A DNA stretch of 64,000 nt from Microthyrium microscopicum (taxonomy: Eukaryota). Under the pieces are notes generated by a model. That model worked only from the letters and a program-made list of their open reading frames with translations, did no database searches and had not been told where the DNA came from. The stretch spans positions 4,017,119 to 4,081,118 of the forward strand of contig MU004230.1 of assembly GCA_010405405.1 (NCBI GenBank), read 5' to 3'. The translations under genes were made by a program, and so were the position numbers. Of the stretch, positions 52,469-64,000 are shown piece after piece (the first letter of the stretch is position 1; every line of letters begins with the position of its first letter).

Positions 52469-53140
52469 AGACGTTGATGGTTCATATGATCTCTGCTCCT
52501 GGATAAAACCCCTCCACTCAAGGTGATGTATTCAGTCAATAGCAATCGCCTCTGAATTAGACGGTGAGAAAAGTGTGTTCTGGAGCAATTATGTATGTCA
52601 GAAGGCGTACGGAGCAGTTGGAGGTCAAGCTAAAATACATCACATACATCAGTATCAACAAGGCTTACGGCAGTAATTTGCAAAATACGTTTGCATGATG
52701 GCTAAACAAGTAGCCTTGTGTTGTAACTTGTGTTATCGCTTCCAAAAGGTAAACTGACAGACTGATCAATGGTGACCGTATCGTCCAAACAGCCCGGAAA
52801 ACGTTAAGCTACTTCGAGCCGTCTCTAAAGTCGATTATAAAAGGTTTGTGCTGGCTACTGAGAGACCTTTTCGGGATATTTCGCCAAAAACTCAGATACT
52901 CGCGATATTTAGAGTCTCGAGTAGTCCGATTGTCCTTAAAGACTCCTGAAGTTGCATGATCACGTTAGTCCTAATCGAGCTAGCGTGAATCTCTCCTTCA
53001 GGAGTCCAAGAAGTTACATGATGACAGAGTACGGCGCTTATTTATCTGAGCACATACAACACTTGATACTGCTTTGTGAGAATGTCTCATGCAACATATC
53101 TTGACATTTAGATCTCATTAAGGTTTGAAGACATTCAGAC

Positions 53141-54345
53141 ATGGCTACAGAAGCCAAGAAAGAGCCAGGAATTAGAAGAATAATAGTTCCAGCACGGCTG
53201 AAGCCCGAGACAGCTTCCTCATGGCATTCATATCTAACCATTGATCTGGTCGTCCTCGCTGCCCAGAGGACGATATTGAATCCTTTCTTTGCGTGGGCCC
53301 TCCCGCTAAGCTTGAGAGCTATCACAGTACCATATGAGCACCTCTCTTTGCAGCTGACAATCGCATACGCTGCACTCATTACATGTTACTATATTTTCAC
53401 AGCTATCGACCAAAGGATTGCCTACGGCCAGTCTCGCGAAGTTGAGCTTTCCTCAGAGGTAGTTGTGATCACTGGGGGTGCTGGAGGACTAGGTCTCTTG
53501 CTAGCCGACTTCTACCGCATGAATGGAGCCAGCGTTGCTATATTCGACATAAAAGAACCACCAACAGATGGCATCCAGGGAATCGAATTCTACAAATGCG
53601 ACGTTGGTGATGCCGGCCAAGTACAAGCAGCCGCCGAGCGCATAAAAGCAGATGTTTGCATCTCAAATACAACCGGTATCCTGTCTCAACTACTAACCGC
53701 TCCCAGATCGGCACACCCACAATACTCATCAACAACGCTGCCATCATGAACGGCAAATCCATCCTTGACCTCACTCCCAAGGACTTGGAAAAGTAAGATC
53801 TGCCCATTTTCTCATGCGTCGACTCAACTGACATGGCCAGAACAATGCGCATCAACCTCCTCTCCCACTACTACACAACCCAATCCTTCCTCCCCGCCAT
53901 GCTCGCCTCCCCCAACGGCGGCACCATCGTCACCATCTCCAGCGTCCTCGGTCATCTCGGTTGTGCCCATCTATCCGACTACACGGCCTCCAAAGCCGGT
54001 CTTCTCGCTTTCCATGCCTCCCTGCGTGCCGAACTCTCACTATCCACCCAGCCAGGCGCATCATCCATCAAGACGATCCTAGTAGCACCCGGACAGTTGG
54101 GCACAAGTCTGTTCGGAGGGTTAAAGACGCCATCGACGTTCCTTGCCCCCGTAGTGGAGCCGGTGCAGCTGGCGAGGGAGATCGTACGGATGGTGGACGC
54201 GGGAGATGGTGGAGAGGTTAGGATGCCAGTGTATGCGGGATGGGTGCCATTGTTGTGTGCGTTGCCGGCGAGTGTGCAAGGGGCGGTGAGGAGATGGGCG
54301 GGGATGGATGGAGCGATGGTAGAGTTTGCAAGGAAGATGGGTTGA
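53141..54345 (+). CDS. Membrane-anchored short-chain dehydrogenase/reductase (17-beta-HSD11/TDA5-like)
   Basis: N-terminal hydrophobic helices, VITGGAGGLG, KCDV, LINNAAI, ISSVLG, YTASK. Introns 53654-53706 and 53793-53840. Confidence 0.88.
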
Positions 54346-54566
54346 GAATAGAAAAGAAAGCCGGGCGAAACATTCAACGATTGGTGTTGCCTCGTCTCAT
54401 ATTTGATCTTTGGATCTAAGAATGTCATGTAAAGACTCCTGTCATATGTTTCAGCGAATTAGCCAGCGACAAAATTCGAAATTGTAATGTAATACATTAG
54501 TTACGGTTGATTGATTCCCGGAAACATATCCACGTCTAGAGTACAAATACACATCATCAAGCGTCG

Positions 54567-57500
54567 TTAGCCGTCCAACACACCGCTGTCCTTCAGATTT
54601 TTGAATAGCTCCGGTTCCAGGAATTTGCGGATCGTGATGTCTTCGGCTAGACCCTTGCGCCGCCGTGTCTTGAGGACGAAATCACGGGCCGTTGCTTGTG
54701 CTGATGCCATCTCCATCGGCCGTAGTTTGATATCGCGATCAAGTGGGTCGCCTGGTACAATCGACCATCGATCGAATACTAGTGACAAGGTTGCATTTCC
54801 TTTGGCCATCTGTTGCATTGTGTTAGCATATTTTCCTAAATATTGTATGCGAATGGGAATAACTTACTCGAAGATCTGTCTCAAAGCCAAAGGAATCAAT
54901 GACCGGAATAAGACCTTGAACACGGTATAAGGGGGTTCCTGCAACTGGTCCATCACTCAGCACATGCCCTCTTCTTCTCGCCAATACAGTGTACATGCTG
55001 GCTACAGCATCTGCACTTCCAACCATACTAGCCGCGTACACAGGCTCCAGCAACCGCGGTGCTGCCATTAAGAAGCTTGAATAACAAGCTCGACGTGCTG
55101 TTGGAATGATTTGTCCTCCGCCGCGAAGTATTGCTTGTTCCGCAAGGTCGATGTCAGTTAGTCGAAACTTGGTATTACGTATAGGCTCCTCGCACAGTGG
55201 ACCTTCACGGGTGGCCCAGCTAAAGCCTTGGCGTAAAGTCTCTCTCACAGCACGCAGGCTCTTTTGGTCAACTTCGCTAGGTAATGTATCGTTTTGGAGA
55301 ATATTGGGACCTTGATCTTCAGGTCCGAATGCCCAGATGTTTCGGCTGGCCAGCAAATCGTATCCATAGTTCTCCTCAAAGAACTTGCCAACTTTTCGAA
55401 CAGGATCTTTGATATTTACTCGCCCTGCCTCGATATCTTCAGCAATTCCATCATCGAGCGGCTCGGCGACCATGGTCAGCTTATTCTTTTTATTTGGTGT
55501 AAGTGCATAGCACTTGATGGCGGAAGTTTCAACGACGGTTTCGGCAAAACGAGTGACGGGATCGGATACTTTGACGTCCATCTCAGCGTACAGTCGACGC
55601 AAATCGTGAAGAAGGCAGTCCATGTAGAGTTCTCCGGTACCAAGCACAATATGCTCTCCGGATTCTTCTACTTTGGTGGAAACGAGAGGGTATGATTTGT
55701 TGATCTTGCGTAGGCCGTCCAGCATCTTTGGGAGTTCTGATGGGTTGATTGGTTCCACTGCCACCTTGAACACCGGTTCGAAAAAGTGCCTGACAGGCTT
55801 GAAAATATAGGCTGGCTCATCATCTGGAAGTTTCGGAGGAACGATTGTTGCTGTCTTGACGATGGAATTGTCGATCCCTCCTAAAAGCACCATGTTACCT
55901 GCTGGAATCCCAGAGACAGGAATTTGATATCTTGACTCGGCTATCCAGGTGTTTGATATTGTAGCTGGTGCCATGTCTTCTTCGTCATCAATTGTGTAGC
56001 CTTCACCCAGCACACGAATTGGAGCCCCAGCAGTGGCAGTTCCACTCAGAACACGCCCATATGCATAGAAACCTTTGGCATCAACTGTGTTGAAGAGTTT
56101 CGATACATGAACAACCAACGGACCTTCTTGATCGCACTCAAGCATGGAGTCGGTGGTTTTGGTATCCAAAGGTCCAGTGTAGAACTTTTCGAGATATCTT
56201 TTCGCTCCCTCGACTGGAGAAGGAATATGCTCCACTATCATGTCCACGAATCCGTGTGCTGGTCCAAAGAACTGTCCACATACCAGTTTAAGCAAGATCT
56301 TTGCGTCGGTTTTGTATTGGGACGGCTTCAATTCAATTCCAAGTTGAGCGAGGGTATCCTTAAGATCCTCAGGACTTTCACTTAGCGTATGTGAGAATAG
56401 TTTGTAGATTGGCTCCAAGACGAAGTTGACGAATGATCTCTTTGCACCCTCATCTATGCCCTTTCGTGTGAACTTCCGGCTTTTGGAGTTGTAAAAGATG
56501 TCTCCCCATAATCGGATGGCAAAGTCTGATGCGCTTAGTGACGGGTATGTTTGTGCGTACATTTTGGCGAAAGATTGAAGAGTAAAGCACCAGCCTAAGG
56601 TGCTACACGCGAAAGCCACATTTCCTTTTTCAGGACTAACTCTTCGACTTTCTCCTCGACCAGGTATAGTATTTTCGATTATCGTATTGACTTCTTCGAT
56701 GACATGCTTCAGCTTGAAGTAGGCATCTTGCGGTGGAAGTTTGAGTTCGAGCATCAGTCTGTCCATCTTGTTTATGACTAGCACAATGGGTAAGTCCTCG
56801 AGAATGGCGTGTTTTATGGTAAGCTCGGTTTGTATCTGAACACCCTCTACAACATCAACCACCAAGACCAAGCCATCCGCTAGCCGTAAAGATGCAGCGA
56901 CTTCATCCACAAAGTTGACATGCCCTGGAGTGTCGATGATGTTGACCAGATGAGACTTCCCCTTGGTACTCTGCAGCACCAAGGTCATAGGTGACGATTT
57001 TATGGAGATGCCTCGTTCTCGTTCCAAGATGTGGGTATCCGTGTATCTCAGTTGTTCTTCAGCCTTCCGCCCGCGCTTCTTGTCCAATTTTTCCTGAATC
57101 GCATGGGTTTCCAGAACAAGTGTGTCCATGAACGCAGTTTTTCCATGGTGTAGATGGCCTGCCAGAACCACATTGCGAACTTGCTCCGGAAAGTTCATCA
57201 TATCCGTCATGAACTCTCGCGAGAAATATACGGGCGGTAGGTCTTCTTCTTCCACGGTGAACTTCTTCTGCACCACAGGCTCTACTATAGGTTTCGACAG
57301 CGGCTGGGTATCCTCCTCTTGTACCATGGTCTCCACATCGCGACCGTACACCTGTTGCGCCGTGGGATAGTATTGCTTGTCTTCATGGAGAATAACGGCG
57401 TTTGATGGGCCTTCATCATCTAAGTCCATGACCTCTTGGCCTTGACCTGCATCTTCCTCCTCGTCATCATCGTAGGCGTAGGTATCGGCGGCGGGTGCGA

Positions 57501-57624
57501 CATCGTCGGATTCTTGGTCGGAGTCGGCTTCTCCAATGTAGTTTCCGAACCTAGAGCAAGAAATGTTAGCTACAAGTCGTCAACAATGGTCGCGCATTAC
57601 TCACTCGTCGTAAAGGTCATCCAT
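54567..57624 (-). CDS. SNU114: U5 snRNP 116-kDa EF-2-like GTPase
   Basis: MDDLYDEFGNYIG start, LHEDKQYYP, GHLHHGKT, IDTPGHVNF, NKMD, TRRRKGL. Introns 57551-57604 and 54810-54867. Confidence 0.96.
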
Positions 57625-57947
57625 TTTTGTGCTGAAGTGTCGAGGGGAGACGTAGGAGATAATGCTTCAAATTCGAGTTGCGATCTCGAAAAAATGCTGG
57701 AGGTTAGTAGAGGCAGGCTGAAATTCTTCTGTCGCCCCTCGCTAAGCCCAACAGAGCCTTAGCCCAGCTGTGGTCTCCCCTCCAACAGCCCCTCATCGTG
57801 GTTGGCCAGAGCTCTGTTCCGCCATCAGGCGATAATTTTTGGCATCTTCACCGCCTGAATATGTCCTTTCGATACATTCTGTTGTCGCACTTCTGTTCTT
57901 TATAATCATCTTAATTGCACTTCTTTGAATCTTCCACGGATCCCAGT

Positions 57948-59310
<1,363 letters not shown>

Positions 59311-59533
59311 TTGAGCGACGCATTGTGAACCACTTTCGGGAAAACAAAAGCTGGTAGTTTTATCAATGATAATATGACTTGAGACTTGTTTATAAGACTC
59401 TGCTAATTTTCGACGAAACATACAACATGCAACCATTAAGTCTCTCAAGTTATCAAGGCCCGGTCACCGATATGAACCATTATTACGGATATACCAGGCC
59501 AATACACCCCACAGCCCAGTATACCCATAACCA

Positions 59534-60963
59534 TCATTGCCTGGGAACTGACCATCTCACACTGCTTCCGCGCCGAACAACATCAAGCAGTTGCGGACTC
59601 GCGCCAGCCTCATTGATAGGCTGCGTACTCTGCTTAGCAAACCCAATGCGCGGATTCGTATCGTTGACATGCTCAAACACCACAAACTGGCTCTTCAAGA
59701 AGATGTCTCCCCAGATACTCAAGGCCGGACTCCCCATCTGCACACCACCAAAGCATCGCCCACTACCAGTCGCACTCTTGCCTCGATCCAGGAAATAGCC
59801 AGGTACCGTCAACTCCACCGGCGTCTCATTCGATGTCCTTGTGCTGGCAACAAGTAGCTTCAAGTCAGGCATCTTGGCTGCGCTCTCGCAAGGATAGACA
59901 TAGCCGCCTTCAGTAGTGATGAGTTGGGCACCTGGTACGTTGGCGTAGAAGGCTTTCACGACTTCGGTGGGGAGGAGGAGGAGGGTTGTTCCTGTGTCGG
60001 CGATGCTTTGGAAAGCAGTTTTGACAGGCGGTGAGTTGCCGACTTGGTAACCGACTGCCGCGTATTCCCAGTAGCCGCGAGTGGTGTTTACGTTGATGTA
60101 TTTGATGTCACCCTATGAATCTGTGTTAATGGTATGGCAGTGTGAGTGTCATGTGTGATACGTACGGTATATTTCTTTTGGTCTATGAAGCCAAAGTCGT
60201 AGATGCCAGTGGCACCTTTCTTCAGGCTTACTGTGAAGAGTGGAAGTGGGAGATTGTCTTTAAGGTTTTCAAAGAACGTCTTTTGTCCTTGGGGCTTGAT
60301 GGTGTTGGTTTTGCCGAATCCGAGCCCAAGTAGCCCATCACTCTTCTCTTCGTGGAATTGTCTGGAAACTGACGTGGCTACTTCGACTGCCTGTGTGTTC
60401 ACCGTGGCAGCGCCAACTCGTACTTTGTCCATAAAAACTACTCCTGAAGCTGAGGTGCCATCGCCGTAGACAATCGTCCAGGTAAAGCCTTCCTTTTTCA
60501 CGCCAGTGACCTGTCGTACGTTTGAGCTAGCAGTAGCATTGGTCGTGTTGACTGCCTCGGTGGGATAGAAAGTGTGGTTTTGTAATTGCCAGAGGGGCAA
60601 CTTGTCGGAGAATACCCAAAGATCGCTTGATCCAGTATCGAAGTCCAGCTTCATTATTGTGTTTCCAACTTCAACTGGTGACAAGTATTCAAGGTCATTG
60701 CCCTCACTCAAAGCGATAATGCTGGCGGTTGTTTTTGGACCCGGCGGTCCAGGTATTGAGGGTGCTTGTCGTTTCTGCAGAGACACAGGTAAAGGGATTC
60801 CATGCTTCAGATATGCTTTCCGTAATGCCCAAGCACCGTCTGCGTGTTGAGCTTCATTCTGTACTTGGGTGACACTAAAAGAACGCTTTTGTAGAGTAAC
60901 AGATGATGCAAATGATGAAGCAGAAAGAGCTAACAAGGACAAAATAATGCTAGCTTTGGCCAT
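59534..60963 (-). CDS. Secreted A1-family aspartic protease (aspergillopepsin/endothiapepsin-like)
   Basis: Signal peptide, propeptide ending KR, both catalytic motifs (DFDTGSSDLW; IADTGTTL), YGDG flap, GLLGLGF, IWGDIFLK. Intron 60113-60165. Confidence 0.93.
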
Positions 60964-62277
60964 GTTGTTGACTGTCGAAAACACCGGAGAAACTAATTAC
61001 TAAAGATAAGGTAGGTGTGGAATCGAAGTATGAGGTAGTGCTTCTTTTGGATGCAGGCTCATTTCACGCTGGAAGTCCCAGACTTATACATGTTGCGAAC
61101 TCAATGTAATCTTTACCTTAGTACCGTATATTATCATGATCCATCAAGATGAAAATGTCAAAGGTAAAATTCATGGGGCTCTTAGGTTTTCCAAGGCTGT
61201 TGGCAATAAGAGTCAGTGAAGGGGAGAGGCTCATTGTTTGATTGAATGAGTACAAACGGCTGATTTGCTTCTCACAGACCAAGGGGTAAACGCTGAAAGT
61301 TCTTAAGGTTGCCCGAATATAACAATGGTTCATCGATTATTTGCAGAATGTGCCTAGCGAGTCTTGATCCGAATATATTTGACCCGCAAAGCCCGAATCT
61401 GGGGCTACAAATATCTAGCCATTCTCAAATTTGAACTTAGCGGGCTGTCCATAAGCAGACCTTTGATATTTTGTGTATATGTCTTCGGCGACTTGGTTTA
61501 TTTGGCGGTCGATATGATGAAGTCATTTCCCCTTTGACTCAACACCTGGTTTCTGCAAACGACCTCGTTTCCTGTAGTTCGTGAGAAAAAGTCTCTTTCG
61601 TTTGCTCTTTCGAAACATGACAAAGAAACATTTGATATTTGGAGAAATATAGGTGACGTTAGGGTTCTTATGTCGCTGATCAAGGCATAAATATTCTATG
61701 CTAAACCACGCCACCAGATATTTGAAATGACACAGATGTAGTGCGGAACTGTAAATAGTCTCGACTCCATAACTCCCAGTTCTTTGAGGCATAATCTGAG
61801 AATAATACATGATGCTGCATATGCCGATATAACAAGATTATTTTTGAGGTAAGACGTTGAGAAGCGGCGGCTTTCTTGCTTGTAGGGCATCTGCGAGTAG
61901 AGTTGTCCGCACCAAATAGTGCCGCCTGTATACATTATTGATTTTCGTAATACAGAACGCGGAAAGGTCTATCAGTAGGACTGGGCGTCTAAATGGATTC
62001 AGGATTGCTTTTGAGTCAAAAAATGGTGACAAGCCTGAGATCTCAATACATCATACAGCGCCATCAGGCTCAGCCTTGTGTCGTGAGTCAGCAACCAATT
62101 AGAATGAAGGGACAAGTAAAAAGGTGTGGTCGCGTCTTCAATTTGCTTTTTCTGTGCAACAACGCGTAAATTCTCCAGCTTTCAGTTCCGTTCCAACCTG
62201 AACCCATGAACCTTGAACCTGGGAATGTTCAAGCATATTTCAATGATTTCCAACGTCGTCCAAAGCGTTGAGTCTTT

Positions 62278-63380
62278 TCATCGATCGAAAACTTCCTTTA
62301 AAACATCAAATCTGGGACCCAACGCTCGCTTAAATTCGGAGAATTGCTGTGAGATCTGGAGCCTGATTCGCTCGAATGAATAATTTCCGTGAAAGCCACA
62401 CGGCGCGATCGACTGGCTCAACCACTCGCGCTTCACCTCTAAAGGCTTAAGTCCTACGCCAGCTATCAAAGCTCCTGCTGAACTGCAAGCCAATCTCAAT
62501 ATTTCATGCAGAATTTTCCTCGTCAGTTGCTTGAGCTTGGAACACAAAACGGCTGTGATGGACTTGTTCCTGGCACCGCGTCTTTCACTCTTTGGAACGT
62601 GCCGAGAAGTCAAGAGCTTGGAAGGTATCAACATTTCATCAAAGCCAATAGCCATCCTCGATTCCTAAGTACAATGGTAGCATTGAAAACGAAAGGAGAT
62701 CTTGCACTTCAGCGATTTCGGTAATCGGTTACCGGGCCATGAATTGTGGGCTTCACAGAGTTCGCAGTGTTTAGTGGTGTGGCTCCTGCGACTCTGGGAG
62801 ACTGCGCGCGTCGCCTGTCCAGTGTCTGCGTTGTTGATCTTGTGGTTGCTGGGGGCACTCCCAATCTTCATTAGACAAAAGAACATGTAAATATGGGCAG
62901 TTTGAAAGCGCGCAACTCAAACTCTAGCTTATAGTGTAAGATCTAGGTATCTCATCTCTATTCGGCTGTTGAGGTTGAATGGTGCGTGTGACACCTTGTT
63001 GGATTGTTCCAAAACACTGCAAGCGATTTCATCTTCAGCCTCATCGTGGAGTTTAAAGTAAACAATTCTCCGAATCTGATGAATCTCAGGCCTTCCCTGT
63101 GACTTCCGATTTAACGTTGAAGTGGGAAATCGATTGGCTCCACTTCCTACCGCTTGGGCAATCTGGCCCGTAGCTTTGGACAATCCAGCTCATCTCGCGC
63201 TTGTGGCGTTCAACATCTTCTCAATCTTACCCAAAGCAGTAACTTGTTTGGTGGGGCCAGTAATATGCTTCTCAAAGGAAGAAAGATGAGCATACATGTA
63301 GTTGAACAATAGTCTGGATATCATTTGTATATGTTCAGACCGCAACACGCACATTCTTCTTGAATATATCTGAACGCCAT
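62278..63380 (-). pseudogene. Possible decayed gene(s): short Cys-containing and F-box-like fragments broken by stops
   Basis: Consecutive same-frame minus ORFs 62886-62665 (CELC, CYHC) and 62655-62278 (LKQLTRKILHEILRLAC) are separated by one stop; further fragments lie upstream. No family securely recognised. Confidence 0.2.
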
Positions 63381-63784
63381 TGATATCCTTTCAATACAGA
63401 ACATCCACAAACACGAAGAAATCACTCAAGCCGCACCACAACTTCAATACCCTACTACTAACAACAGGCACAACCGATACAACACCACGCAGCGCATTCC
63501 GAATTGTAACAACGAAAGCGCTTTACATAGCCTGTTCGAAGCAGACAGCATGTCAGAGACCTGAGTATTGATCTTTTCATGAACAGTAAGGGGCTACTTC
63601 TTTGGACAGCCAGTGCTAGATAAAGTAGCTGCTAATCATTCAGAAGGCACATACGAGATATTCAACAGAACGATATCAGACGAATATTCCACGAGTTTCT
63701 CTTTATTTTCCCCAATCCCTTTCCCAAATTATGCCGGATCAATCGGCTTGGTTGATATTTTTGCTAATATGCTTTAATTTACAG

Positions 63785-64000
63785 GTTTCCACAGTTCAAG
63801 GCCTGCCATTGGCATTCAGCTGGCCATCGTTTCGAACATTCGGGCTTCCCAATATAGCTCCTGCCTTCGAAGTTCCGACATTGACGAACTTGTTTAATAC
63901 GATACATGCAACTCAGCAAGTACCTACGCCTGCTGTAGCGACAGTGGTGCCAAATCCTACCACCATTGTAACGAACACTCCAGCAGCAGTATCAAAGACA
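63785..64000 (+). CDS. Possible exon of a T/P-rich protein running off the window
   Basis: GCTAAT branch 63763-63768 and CAG acceptor at 63784, followed by an open frame VSTVQGLPLAFSWP...VPTPAVATVVPNPTTIVTNTPAAVSKT. Upstream exon not resolved. Confidence 0.35.

Noticed and set aside
61118..62032. Short minus-strand ORFs upstream of the aspartic protease
   Set aside because: No motifs or coherent splice pattern.

Overview
Eukaryotic DNA from a filamentous ascomycete (Pezizomycotina-type short GT-AG introns with CTAAC/CTGAC branch points; Dothideomycete-like, inferred). Two gene-rich arms (1-26.8 kb and 51-64 kb) flank a 24.1-kb AT-rich block (26853-50955) with no ORFs in the supplied track. 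That block is a RIP-mutated nest of three retroelements. An outer Gypsy LTR element has 152-bp LTRs and target-site duplication (TSD) TTTGT. Inside it is a chromodomain-bearing Gypsy element with 203-bp LTRs and TSD GTAGA, and inside that is an antisense Tad1-like LINE plus an unexplained 1.4-kb segment. Recognisable genes: M28 aminopeptidase, RCL1, RPE1, an RTC4-like protein, an APH-family phosphotransferase, a MEF2-type MADS-box factor (RlmA), penta-EF-hand PEF1, a DUF2231-like membrane protein, an Sds3-like HDAC subunit, two SDRs, SNU114, ERG10 and a secreted aspartic protease. The most unusual observation is a convergent pair of intron-split genes at 3.6-7.5 kb, visible only after manual splicing. 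Together they encode three highly divergent YTH-like domains with a shared intron position and an altered m6A aromatic cage. All exon models were spliced by eye and all family calls rest on motif recognition, not database searches.
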